Assembly (NCBI GenBank): GCA_965219575.1 | Contig: OZ244779.1 | Location: 1,292,769-1,356,768 of the forward strand | Reading direction: 5' to 3' | Length of the DNA: 64,000 nucleotides | Source of the DNA: Candidatus Oxydemutatoraceae bacterium | GTDB taxonomy: Bacteria > Pseudomonadota > Gammaproteobacteria > Poriferisulfidales > Oxydemutatoraceae | In this document: positions 15,575-27,300 of the stretch, piece by piece | How positions within the stretch are numbered: the first letter of the stretch is position 1 | How the letters are laid out: each line of letters begins with the position of its first letter | Position numbers and translations under genes: made by a program | Notes under the pieces: model-generated | Seen by the model: only the letters and a program-made list of their open reading frames with translations | What the model was told of the DNA's origin: nothing | Database searches by the model: none

Positions 15575-18500
15575 ATGCTTAAAAATATAATAATGCGAGG
15601 TTTATTTACCTCTCGATTTATTCGGCAAGCAGTCGTTTTGTCCGTCTTGTGTTGCTTGCCGGTTATCGGTGTCGCACAATCCACTTTGGTATTCGGCACG
15701 CCGTCGATCGCACCTGCCGAACTTCGTTGGGGGGGGGATTATACACTATCGTTTCTTGCGATTAGCCAAGAACAACCCACGCAAGCGACGACGCTGACGC
15801 TCCATATAACGGAGAATGGTATCAGCAGGCGCATAGACGAAACGCCCTATGGTCTGGCAAACGAATTTTTGCCGTTGCAGAGACAGGTTTCCATACCCGC
15901 TTTAGGTATCAGAACTTCTGCTATGATCAATGCACGAGGGACGGCAGGCATCGGTCTTGTCGGAACGGTTGCTTTTAGATATTGCGACGATACGCAAACA
16001 CTCTGTACGGAGGCTTTCAATGTCGATTATCTAAGCGACACGCCGAGCCGTGATATAAACGGGAATTACCGGCTGTCCATCACAACATCGACCGTGGTAT
16101 CGGGGTCGTGTGCTGCGGTGCGTGAGCGAGAACAGCGAATTGAGATGAGCCAAGCAGGCAACACGGCAAGTTATCGTTTCACCGACGATTTCGGATTGTC
16201 GGCGATGCTTCAGGCGGCGATAAGTTCCAACACTTATGTATTCACGAGGCAATACGGCACTGCGCCGGCATTTAACGGCACGCGCACACTGATCGTACGA
16301 GCCGAGTTTAGCGACAACGATAACGGCAACGGGCGCGCGTATTGGTCATACCAACGCGCCGACGGCAACTTGTGTCGTGGCACTTACGAGGTGCAATATA
16401 GCAAGCGATCGGGGGCGATCAAAGTACGGGCGCGGGTATTTTTAGAAGGTGCGCTGAGTGGCGGTATCTCTAATATAGTTTCAGGTGCTACACCGCCTAC
16501 GCTGCCCGAGCGAGTGCAAGACACGGTGCTGTCCGAGTCGGGTGCATTATACGCATTGAGAGACGACCACACGCTATGGACGGTTAATCCGTCGGGTTCA
16601 AGACAACAACTAGTGTCCACCAGTTTTAAGGTCGGCGAGGTGGATATTCATGATTTGGTCTTTGTCGGGCGTAGCGACAGCACCGACAGGCTGTATATCG
16701 TCGATAGTTTTCTGCGTGCGGTGATTGCGGTTGATTTGACCGACGGCAGTCGCAATGTGGTTTCCGGGTGCGACATCGCCAACCGCTGTCCGTCGGGGCA
16801 ATACCGGGTGGGCGACGGTGTGCCGTTAACGCAACCGACCGATGCGGTGTTGGACGAGGCTGGCAATCGCCTGATTATCACCGATACTTATTTGAGCGCA
16901 CTTGTCGCAGTGGATTTAACGAACGGCAACCGCAGTGTGGTTTCGGGATGCACGGCAAACGATTTATGTCCTGTTGAGGAACGCAACATCGGAGACGGCA
17001 CCGTCATGCTACACCCGCAAGCGTTGAGCATCAATAGTTCTGTGACCCGTATCGTCGTCGTAGACGACCGGCTGGACGCACTGCTCGTGGTGGATGCGAC
17101 GACCGGTGAGAGAGTCATCGTTTCGGGCTGTTTGGTGCGAGCGATATGCGTGATACCGGAAAGGGGTTCCGGCCCCTCGTTCGATCAACCGATTGCAGTG
17201 GTGCTGGACGACGATGCCGGTTTGGCGTATGTTGCGGACAATGGTTTGAGGGCTGTAGTCGAGGTTGACCTTGATAACGGCAACCGCACCGTTCTATTGA
17301 GTCCGGTCACCGTCCGAGCACCGTATCATCTGATCTTAGACGCAGACACGGAGCGGGTGCTGGTCTACAGTGATGCCGACGGTTCGCTGACTGCGATTCC
17401 CCAAGCGGCGCGCACCCCGACGCAACTAACGACCTATATCAGAACCGGAAGCACCGCAACCTCGCCGCCTGCGCCGCCGCGCGATTTGATTCTTGAGGCA
17501 CGCGACGATGTCATTGCGCTCAGCTGGCGACCGGTAAATCGGGCAACCTCGTATAAGATTTATTGGAACAGCTTTGCCGATATTAATGCCGCTCAAGCGG
17601 ATCAAGTCATCTCGGATATCTACGGCACCGGCTATGTACACACCGGGCTAATCCGAGGGCAACTTTATTACTACGCGGTGAGTGCAGTCAATGAGCAGGG
17701 TGAGAGTGCCGTCAGCCCGGCGGTGAGCATAATGTTGCCGCTACCAACCGGCAACGACGAAACACCCCCGACTGCGCCGGTCATCGTGTCTGCGTATGCT
17801 TCTTCCACGACCGCCATTGCACTGGATTGGATGGCATCGACCGACGACCGCAGTGCTGCCGAGCAGATCGTCTACGAAGTGCATGTCTCCGAAAGCACCG
17901 CAACCACGATCGGCAAAGACACCGAACGGGTGATGGTGCAGGGCATCTATAGTGCCAATGTCGATGACCTCAAAACCAGCCAGACCTACTATGTGCATGT
18001 TGCCGCACTGGACGAGGCAGGCAACCGTAGCCTCTCGGAGATGATATCGATACGCACGATGTCGATGATGCCGAAATTGTCCACCCAAAACGAGGTGGTG
18101 CTGATACGGATTGATACGGAACTGAACGCCGACGGCACGATTATCGTAGACCGTCGCGACGATCTGAAAGTGGGACAAGTTGCGATCATGATGGGACAAG
18201 ACGACAGCTATCTGAGAAGGATTACCCGTATTGAAATCGTCGGTAGCGACCAAATGCTACTCTATACCGAACAGGCATCGCTGGCCGATGTATTCTCAGA
18301 CCTCAGCTTGAACATGAATGTTAGACTGGAGGATGTGGACGACGATGCGGCGATTGCGGCAGCGAAATCGGCACAAGTGCGTGCCGAGCAACGAGGCGAG
18401 CCGGCACCGCCGGCGGACACCAAACTCAGGCGGTTCTCCCCGGCACTGCGCTCGCCGATGTCGGTTCCGCCGTCCGAAGTGTGGCCGTATCAACCGATCT

Positions 18501-20833
18501 TCGAGGGCGGCGAGCAAATCCGTGAGATGCACTGGCCGGATAGCGGCTTTAGACTACGCCAGTCCGAACCGCTCAGCCAAACCGACGATCTACTCGATAG
18601 CATCAAAGATGCGGTAGGGCTACGCTCGGAGCAACAGCCGTCCGAACCGGATATTCCTGCGACTTATGAACATGAAAATATCCGCATTATCACAACAGGC
18701 TTTTTCGGTCTATTCGGCGACATCATAAAAGTTTGGTATCCGCCTTATGTGACAGCCGAAGTCAACAAGGTTGCCTCGTTTGATGTTTATGTTGAATATC
18801 CCGAGAACTTTAGCGAACGGTGTTCGGTGACCATAGACGACATCACCCAAAGAGGTACGAGCCGGGGAAGGCAGGGTGCTTCGGTGAGAGCTAAACCGGC
18901 AAGTGCCGATGCAAGGATTGTGGAACATCGTGTGCGCTGGCGAACTTACGAACGGCATAAGAGTCGCGATGAATGGAAAATGGAGCTTTTGTTCGGCTAT
19001 CCATGCGAGCGAAGTATTACGGTGCCGATTGCTGTTTCTTCCGATAAACCTGTGAATCTTTCCTTCCAAGGAGAGGTGACGATACCGATACCCTCAATAC
19101 CCGATGGCGAACAGCGATTCCATGGCGATATGGATCTGGATTTTGACCCTGAAATTAAAATCTCTTATGATCGAGAATCATCCAAACACGGAACTCTCGA
19201 GGTCGTTGTCGGTGGCGATGTAGATCTAGACATACTACTAGAAATAATTACTGCATCCGGATATACGCTAGATGGAGAAAAAGAAATAGGTAAAAAGAAA
19301 AGTTTCTATCGGCTCATATTTGTACCTACTTTGGGAATACCGATACCGGTTGTGGTTAACGGTGAGCTTGGCTTTAAGGTAAGAGGTGAGGCTGGAGTAT
19401 CGGCCGAGATGAACATTGCCCAGACATTTCAATCAACCTATAAATTAAGGGCAGGTTTTAGATACAAAAACGGTAGATTTGTGCCTATCAGCAGTGCCGA
19501 CAGTAGCAGCGAATACGAAATCACGGTTAAGACAGCAGCCGGAATGATGGTTAAGTTTTCGCTGATTCCTCAACTGGACTTGGGGCTTTACGCCTCCATT
19601 CTTACGAATGTTCAATTAATTCCTTATGTGCAGGGCAATGGCGATGTTGAGGGAATATTCGAGCGAGGGAGTGGTGTTTCTTTAGAGGCAGCTATTGACA
19701 GCAGTGATTATCGCTTCACGAGGTTGGATTCAAGTTTAGGAATTGCGTCAAACATAAATGTGGATCTTGAACCTATTCTTATCCCCTTCGCCGAATCGTA
19801 TGAATTATTTGACTTGCGTCGTGCGATTACATCGCTACCGGAAATGCAGCTGAGACAAGGTAGAAATGACGAAAATACCTATACCGTGCGGGTTACACCG
19901 GGGCAATGGTTTGGTAGGGAGAGGAACAAAATCCAACAGGGCATGTGGTCGGTTGTTCCACCCGAAGGTGCGCCTAGATTGATAAGAGTTGACGAAAACA
20001 CCGTCCGAGTGGATGACTCACAAGAGATAGAAGAAGACAAATACAAGCTACGCTATACCGGACACAGTCGATACGGTAGAGTAATTCAGCAATATCAGGA
20101 AATACCAATCGCTGTGCAACTACTGGGTGTATGCGATAGAACACCACAGGTGCGGGATGAAATCAAACAACGGGTTGACAAAGACGACTGTGCCGAGATT
20201 AGTGCGGAAGACCTCGCTACGATTACAAGAATGTTTCTTGATGAAGAGTCGATATTTCCTTCATTATCTTCTTTATTGACCGGTGATTTTAGCGGTTTAA
20301 CTAGTCTGGAGTGGTTGGATTTGGGCGACAACGAGCTAAGCACGCTCCCCGAGGGTATCTTTAGCGGTTTAACTAGTCTGGGGCGGTTGGATTTGGATGG
20401 CAACGAGCTAAGTACGCTCCCCGAGGGTATCTTTAGCGGTTTAACTAGGCTGTATGAGTTGAGTTTGGATAACAACAAGCTAAGTACGCTCCCCGAGGGT
20501 ATCTTTAGCGGTTTAACTAGGCTGGAGTGGTTGGGTTTGGGCGACAATAATCTAAGTACGCTCCCCGAGGATATTTTTAGCGGTTTAACTAGGCTGTATG
20601 AGTTGAGGTTGGATAACAACAAGCTAAGTACGCTGCCCGAGGATATCTTTAGCGGTTTAACTAGTCTGGAGTATTTGTATTTGTATGGTAACGAGCTAAG
20701 CACGCTTCCCGAGGATATCTTTAGTGGTTTAACTAGTCTGCAGTGGTTGGTTTTGAGGAACAACAATTTGGGTAACGATTACTGTACGGCTTTGAGAAAT
20801 CAGCTATCACTTAGTCGCTTTAGCTGTGATTAA
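15575..20833 (+). CDS. Secreted mosaic protein: signal peptide, beta-propeller-like repeats, two fibronectin type III domains, beta-rich region, C-terminal leucine-rich repeats
   Basis: Hydrophobic N-terminus ..VVLSVLCCLPVIGVA/Q; repeats VAVDLTNGNRSVVSGC; FN3 motifs P..PRDL..LSW.PV..ATSYKIYW..GL..GQLYYYAVSAVNEQGES; LRR N-cap VCDRTPQVRD..C; 24-aa LRRs. Start codon uncertain. Confidence 0.85.
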   Translation: MLKNIIMRGLFTSRFIRQAVVLSVLCCLPVIGVAQSTLVFGTPSIAPAELRWGGDYTLSFLAISQEQPTQATTLTLHITENGISRRIDETPYGLANEFLPLQRQVSIPALGIRTSAMINARGTAGIGLVGTVAFRYCDDTQTLCTEAFNVDYLSDTPSRDINGNYRLSITTSTVVSGSCAAVREREQRIEMSQAGNTASYRFTDDFGLSAMLQAAISSNTYVFTRQYGTAPAFNGTRTLIVRAEFSDNDNGNGRAYWSYQRADGNLCRGTYEVQYSKRSGAIKVRARVFLEGALSGGISNIVSGATPPTLPERVQDTVLSESGALYALRDDHTLWTVNPSGSRQQLVSTSFKVGEVDIHDLVFVGRSDSTDRLYIVDSFLRAVIAVDLTDGSRNVVSGCDIANRCPSGQYRVGDGVPLTQPTDAVLDEAGNRLIITDTYLSALVAVDLTNGNRSVVSGCTANDLCPVEERNIGDGTVMLHPQALSINSSVTRIVVVDDRLDALLVVDATTGERVIVSGCLVRAICVIPERGSGPSFDQPIAVVLDDDAGLAYVADNGLRAVVEVDLDNGNRTVLLSPVTVRAPYHLILDADTERVLVYSDADGSLTAIPQAARTPTQLTTYIRTGSTATSPPAPPRDLILEARDDVIALSWRPVNRATSYKIYWNSFADINAAQADQVISDIYGTGYVHTGLIRGQLYYYAVSAVNEQGESAVSPAVSIMLPLPTGNDETPPTAPVIVSAYASSTTAIALDWMASTDDRSAAEQIVYEVHVSESTATTIGKDTERVMVQGIYSANVDDLKTSQTYYVHVAALDEAGNRSLSEMISIRTMSMMPKLSTQNEVVLIRIDTELNADGTIIVDRRDDLKVGQVAIMMGQDDSYLRRITRIEIVGSDQMLLYTEQASLADVFSDLSLNMNVRLEDVDDDAAIAAAKSAQVRAEQRGEPAPPADTKLRRFSPALRSPMSVPPSEVWPYQPIFEGGEQIREMHWPDSGFRLRQSEPLSQTDDLLDSIKDAVGLRSEQQPSEPDIPATYEHENIRIITTGFFGLFGDIIKVWYPPYVTAEVNKVASFDVYVEYPENFSERCSVTIDDITQRGTSRGRQGASVRAKPASADARIVEHRVRWRTYERHKSRDEWKMELLFGYPCERSITVPIAVSSDKPVNLSFQGEVTIPIPSIPDGEQRFHGDMDLDFDPEIKISYDRESSKHGTLEVVVGGDVDLDILLEIITASGYTLDGEKEIGKKKSFYRLIFVPTLGIPIPVVVNGELGFKVRGEAGVSAEMNIAQTFQSTYKLRAGFRYKNGRFVPISSADSSSEYEITVKTAAGMMVKFSLIPQLDLGLYASILTNVQLIPYVQGNGDVEGIFERGSGVSLEAAIDSSDYRFTRLDSSLGIASNINVDLEPILIPFAESYELFDLRRAITSLPEMQLRQGRNDENTYTVRVTPGQWFGRERNKIQQGMWSVVPPEGAPRLIRVDENTVRVDDSQEIEEDKYKLRYTGHSRYGRVIQQYQEIPIAVQLLGVCDRTPQVRDEIKQRVDKDDCAEISAEDLATITRMFLDEESIFPSLSSLLTGDFSGLTSLEWLDLGDNELSTLPEGIFSGLTSLGRLDLDGNELSTLPEGIFSGLTRLYELSLDNNKLSTLPEGIFSGLTRLEWLGLGDNNLSTLPEDIFSGLTRLYELRLDNNKLSTLPEDIFSGLTSLEYLYLYGNELSTLPEDIFSGLTSLQWLVLRNNNLGNDYCTALRNQLSLSRFSCD
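20288..20770 (+). repeat. 72-bp coding tandem repeat (about 7 LRR units FSGLTxLxxLxLxxNxLSTLPExI)
   Basis: Near-identical TTTAGCGGTTTAACTAG...CTAAGTACGCTCCCCGAGG units at a 72-bp period. Confidence 0.9.
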
Positions 20834-20969
20834 TTCCCCTCCTTCGGAGGGGTGGCCTATGCATTTTGCAATGCATGCGTTTAGCAGTCATAATGAGGTT
20901 CTGAACAAAGTCACGCCGATTGACCTACCGGTTCAATCGGCGGTTTTATTGAGCCTGACGGGGTGATCG
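20834..20969. repeat. Repeat family A copy 2, split by an insert of about 90 bp that ends in the 27-bp palindrome
   Basis: TTCCCCTCCTTCGGAGGGGTGGC, then the insert (also at 56341-56398), the 27-mer at 20915-20941, then TTGAGCCTGACGGGGTGATCG. Confidence 0.75.
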
Positions 20970-20975
20970 CTAAGA

Positions 20976-21184
20976 GGGGCTGTTGAAAAAGTGCGGCATC
21001 GTACGAATCCAATCACTTGCGCCATTTGGTTTTGGTTTCCATAAATTGGATGGATGAATGTATAAATCGTGTAAGCACAACGCGTTACGGGCGGACATGC
21101 TAGTCCGCCCCTATGGGTGGTTTGCAAATATTCACGGTGCAAGCGGTTGGATTTTTGCGCTAACAATACTTTTTCAACAATCGC
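20976..21184. mobile_element. MITE copy (reverse orientation) carrying an empty IS110 target site
   Basis: GGGGCTGTTGAAAAAGT ... ACTTTTTCAACAATCGC; internal GGGCGGACATGCTAGTCCGCCC at 21089-21110. Confidence 0.8.
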
Positions 21185-21393
21185 TAAGGGTCTGTACAGT
21201 TGCAGTGTCGGTACATTCCTCTGAAAGGGGCAGGCGAATCCAATATATTATGGTTTTGCAAAGGGTTACGCCGATTGACCTAGCGGCTCAATCGGCGGTT
21301 TTATGGCGGTAATGTCGCTTTTTCAACCGTGCCGAATATGCTAAAATAGAAATATATTTTGAAGAGAATGCTATGTATGGGGGGGAGCGTAGT

Positions 21394-24300
21394 ATGGGGG
21401 GATCGGCAAGATTTCTACTACTGTTAATCACGGTATTATGGGTATCGGTATCGGCACAGGATGTCTTTGAATGCAACTATGCAACCGATGTAGATCAAGA
21501 CGAAGACGGGTTGATAGAGCTATGCGATTTGGATGCACTCGATGCGGTTCGCTATCAGCTCGACGGCAGCGGTTATAGAGAAAGTTTCGATGCAGTCAAA
21601 ATAACCGCCGGGTGTCCTCGAAGCGGTTGCAACGGCTACGAGTTGCGTAGAGATTTGGACTTCAATTCCGACGATAGCTATCGCGATCTCGCCAACAAAG
21701 CAGCATGGACGAGCGGTTCGGGTTGGTTGCCTATAGGCGATCGGCTGGATTTCTTTACCGCAAGGTTCGAAGGCAACGGTCATACGATAGCCAATCTTTA
21801 CATCAACAGGCTGTCGGATTATGTCGGTTTATTCAGGGCAACGGCAAAACCGGCCAAAATAAGCGACCTGGTATTGTCGCAAATAAACATCACAGGGAAT
21901 TCATACATCGGTGGTTTGGCGGGTCATAACGCCGGCAGTGTCGCTTATGTCGGTGTCGAGGGCGGTCGCCTAATCGCTACGGGCAACACCGTAGGCGGGT
22001 TGTTCGGTGCCAATGCCGGGACGATACTCAACGGCGATGTCATACTCGAGCATTTAGAGAGTCGCGGGCATAGTCTCGGCGGTCTGGTAGGTTATAACGA
22101 AGGGCATATCAGGCATAGCGTTGCCGATACCGGTTTATTCGGTGTCAGCCAAGTCGGCGGTCTGGTTGGTCTCAATGCTCGCGGTGTGCTGACCGACAGT
22201 CGCTCCGACGGCACTGCGAATGGGAGCGATTATATCGGTGGTTTGGTCGGTCTCAATCGTGCCCGGATTAGTGCGAGCTATGCGATCGGCAAAGTGATAA
22301 GCGACGGTTCGTATAGCGGTGGCTTGGTCGGTGCCAATGACCGTGGCGGTAGAATTGCCGATAGTCGGGCGAGCGGTGCGGTTTCGGGTAATCTCTATGC
22401 AGGCGGTCTGGTCGGTTGGAATAAGGACAGTGAAATCACCAATAGTTTTGCGGTTAATCGTGTAGACGGCAATAGCGATGTAGGCGGTCTGGTCGGTTGG
22501 AACGAGGACAGTCGGATAAGCAATACTTATGCGACCGGTTCTATAACCGGTGTGGATAGAGTCGGTGGTTTGGTCGGCAGTAATAAGGGCATCGTCTCCG
22601 ACAGTTTTGCAAACGGGCAAGTTGTTGCAAGCGGGATGCATGCCGGTGGTTTGATCGGCTGGAATTACGCGTATCAGACTAGAGATGCCGTAGCAGTGCG
22701 TGTGACACACAGCTATTGGAATAGCAAAACTGTCGGGATATCGCTCAGTGCCGGTGGCAGTCCTCGCACTACCGAACAGCTAAAATCATCGACCGCTCCC
22801 GGTCTACTCGGTGAGACCTTCGAGAGATGGGATGTTGCCGATTGGGATTTCGGCACCGGCGAACAATACCCGATACTCAGATACAGCGAGGGTTTTAATG
22901 AAGGACATCTGCTACCGGGTCAACACATCGTGTTGTCGGGTTTGCTCGTATTGGACGGTTTGACCTTATCTCCTGCGTTCGATCCACAGACTTTTAATTA
23001 TCGTGTTCACCTAAGCGACGACAGCTTAAGACAAATAAGGTTCAGCCTTACGATAGCGAATAGCACGCAAACGATTAGTGTTCTTAAAGACGAGAGAGTC
23101 GGTTTGCCGTCGGTTCACAACGGCGAGACGGTAACGGTCAATTTGAATGGTGTTCCCGAGCCTACCTTGGTGACGATAGCGAGGCACTATCGGGTATGGA
23201 TCGTGCATCACACTCGCTTGCGAGCTGTAATCGGTAGCAACCGCTCGGATTATAGGCTAAGCGAAGGACAAGACATTAGGTTCGATGTTTCAACCTCCGA
23301 ACCGGATTTACGGCGGCTACGCTATCGCTGGAGTCAGGTCTCACCGCCACAACCCGATTTATTAAAAGACTCGGACACCGGCCTAGCCGAGTTGAACATC
23401 AACATACCCGACGATTTTGTAGCCCGAGGTGCCGACGAGACCTCGGCCGTGTTGCAAGTGGAAGTGCGTGCCGGTCGGACGACCGTAGTTCGCAACACGA
23501 CGATGACGGTCGTCAAAAAAAATAACGGTAGTATAAGTGTCTTAGCTGCGCCGATTTATCGACAAGGCACTTTAACGACGGCGGATATCGGCGAAGCCGA
23601 TCTATCTATGGAGTCCGACGGCGGTGTGCATCCCAACAGCTTTAGTTATCAATGGCAGTACAAGCTACCGTTTGACTCCGGGCTATGGAGAGACATTGAA
23701 GATGCGATACAAATGCGTTATGAGATACCGACGGTGTTGTCGGCAATCAATAACATCGGCTATCGTGTATCGCTGGATTATCGCGATAATCAAGGTTATC
23801 GTCATCGTATCGTATCCGAGCCGATATCGGTTATGAAGTCCTTAGTAGATGACGGTTTTACCAATATTTATCATCTGGAGGATTTGAATGCGATACGCAA
23901 TCGATTAAACGGTAAATACAAACTGATGCGGGATTTGGATTTCAATTCGGATGCAAGCTACCGCGACCCGATCAATAAAGCGAAATGGACGGTAGCCGAT
24001 TACGAGAACGATGCGGATACCGGCTGGTTGCCTATAGGAAAATCCGTCAATGCATATTGCAAAAATAGCGGTAGTAGCTGCTTTACCGGTACCTTCGAAG
24101 GCAACGGTTATACGATATTCAATTTACAAATCAACAGAGACACTGCCGACTATCAAGGTTTATTCGGTGCCGTGGGACCTGCTGCTACCATAAGAAATAT
24201 AGGCTTGCCCAATGTAAAGATAGAGGGAAATCAATACATCGGTGGACTCGTAGGTGTGAGTGAAGGTACTATCGTTGCCGGTTATGCGATCGGTGAGTTT

Positions 24301-27300
24301 CGGAGTCTGGCAAATAAACCCCTTCAAGGCTATGTGGGGGGGTTAGTCGGCGACAATATAGGCTTGATTATCAATAGTCATGCACACGGTAGTGTGTCGG
24401 GAGAGAGACATTTTGTCGGTGCACTCGCAGGCCGGAATGATTTTAATGCGCGCATTATCAATAGCTATGCCGGTGGTGATGTCAGAGGTGGTTTCAGAAG
24501 TGACTCCATAGGGGGTTTAACCGGCGCGAATAGAGGGTCCATAACGAATAGCTATGCCTACGGCGAAGTCTCCGGAAACGGTAATGTAGCCGGCTTGGTC
24601 GGTGCTAATCAAATATTGAAGGCAGCGATTAGAAACAGTTATGCCGTCGTGAAAGTCCGGAGAAGCCGAGAAGGTTTAGTCACTTTCAATAACGGGGTTA
24701 TTAGAGAAAGCTATTGGAATCCCGAGATCAGTGGTTTACAAGATCGTACCGGAAATGGGCGGACTACGCGACAAATGCAATTACCCACTGCGGCAATCGG
24801 GATATACGAAGCGTGGGACGATGCCGATTGGGATTTCGGCAACAGCGCGCAGTATCCGATCCTCAAATATGCGTCGGGACCTCGCGGCGATGCGTGCGGT
24901 GTGTCGGGATTGCCGCAGTGCGGTGCGTTGATATCACCGCGCTTGCGCTACGGTTTACACAGTTTGACGACGGCGGACGGTGTTGCCTTAGCTCCCGAGT
25001 TTGATATAGCGGCACAAAACCAAAGCGGTATTTATATCGGCACTCTGAACAGTACCGATAACACGATACGGTTGATTCCGACAGCGATAGAACCAACTGC
25101 GCGTATCGGTTTCTACATCGGCGACGATAAGACCGTCTACGACCGCATCCGAAGCGGCGAGACGAGTAGAGCGATTTCTTTGAAAGCGGACTTTATAACC
25201 CGTATTCGCATTGAAGTACAGGGAACGGTAACGGTGGGCTATACGTTGTATATCGATTATCAAAGCATTGCCGACGATAGAGTCATATCGATTAACTATC
25301 TAGAGGACTTAAATGCGATACGAGATCGACCGACGGGCTCTTATAAGTTAACCAGGGATTTAGATTTTGAAGATAGTGGTAGTTATCTGGATCCGTTGAA
25401 TAGGAGTTTTTGGACGGTAGACGACTACAACGATGCCGGCGATGTCGGTTGGGTGCCTATAGGCAACGAGGCAAAGCCTTTCGGCGGTCGCTTCGACGGC
25501 AACGGCTATACGATATCCGGTTTGCAAATCAATAGAAACGATGCCGACAATCAAAGTTTATTCGGCGTTAGCGCAGCCGCTGCACTGATAAGCAATATCG
25601 GCTTGTTGAATGTAAAGATAGAAGGTGGAGCTAAAGTTGCCGGGCTGGTCGGCACGAACCGAGGGCAAGTCGGTTATAGCTATGTCGGTGGCAGTATTGA
25701 AGCTAAAAGTATCGAGGGTGTAGCCGGCGGTCTGGTTGCAGACAACGACGGCGGAGATGTTATCGGCAGTTATGCGCTAAGTCAAGTGTCGGGAGCTTCA
25801 TCGGTCGGTGGTTTAATCGGAGATAACAACGGCAAGGTTATCAATAGTCATGCCGATAGTATCGTGATGCCGGGTTCGGGCGGCGCGCGGTTCGGTGGTT
25901 TGGTCGGTCGTAATCGGAGTCTGATTGCCAATAGTTATGCGAGCGGTAAGATTTTGCGGGAGGGGAGTAGTTCTATTAAAGGGGGTCTGGTTGGTGAGAA
26001 TATTTCGAAAGCACGGATCATTAACGGTTATGCAGCGGTCGGTGTTGCCGGTGCTATAGCAGGCGGACTGGTTGGATATAACCTGGGTGCTATAAAAAAT
26101 AGTTATGCGATCGGCGAGCTAATCGATGGCAGCAACACAAGAGGCAGTTTAGTCGGGATCAACGATGGCGGCACAATTGCCGCAAGCTATTGGAATAGCG
26201 ATACGATTGCTGTCGGAAACAACTACGGTGTCGGGCAGACCATGGCACAGCTTCAATCGGCAACCCCTACGATGCCGAGTAGCATCTATAAAGATTGGGA
26301 TAGCGGCGATTGGGATTTCGGTACACCCGAACACTATCCGATACTTAAATACACCACTGCAACCGAAAGTATTTTTGAATGTGGTTTATCGGGAATGCCG
26401 CAATGCGGCGATTTGATATCGCCGGGTTTGCGCTACGGCTTGCGTAGCTTAACATCGGCGAACGATGCGACATTGTCTCCACCCATCGATATTGAAAGGC
26501 TCAACCAAAGCGGTATTTATTTAGGCACGGTGATCGCAGAACATCCGAGTGTGCGCTTGACTCCGGTGGCAATGGAATCAACTGCGGGCATCAATGTTAT
26601 AGGAGATAAACATGAAACCCTAGACAGCCACGATACGAGTTTGCCGATTTCGTTGAAAAATGACGAAGTAAAGAAAGTGATTATTGAAGTAAAAGGCACG
26701 CGGAAGGTCGGATACACGCTTTATTTGAGCTACGCGAGCCATAGGGTCATAGACGAAGACGGCGACGGTCTCGTTGACATCGATTATTTGGAAGATTTGG
26801 ATGCGATCCGCTATCAGTTGGACGGTAGCGGCTATAGAGCGAATGTCGGGTCGGCCAAGATTAGCTCGGGCTGTCCGAGCGAGGGATGTCGCGGTTATGA
26901 ATTGCTAAGAGATTTGGATTTTAACGATGCCGACAGTTATCGCAACGCCGCTGCGAACATGCGTCGTTGGACGGGTGTAGGTGCTTGGCAACCTATAGCA
27001 GGAACCTTTACCGGTATATTCAAAGGCAATAATAAAACGATTGCCAATTTAAGCGTGAGATCAAACGGCGGTCTTTTTACCAAGCTAGGTAGCGATAGTC
27101 GTGTTGCCTATATAGACGGTATCGGATTGTCGGCTGTGGATATTAAGGGGGATGCCGTTGCCGGCATCGCTACATCGTGTCGGTGGTGTACGATAAGCAA
27201 TAGTTATGTTATAGGAGATATACAAGGCACCGTCGCTGCCGCCGGTTTGGTCGGTATTATCGGTGCAACGAGTAGTGGGCGTGCACGAATTAACAACAGT

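Noticed and set aside
20095-20766. 223-aa minus-strand repetitive ORF
   Set aside because: Antisense shadow of the LRR array.
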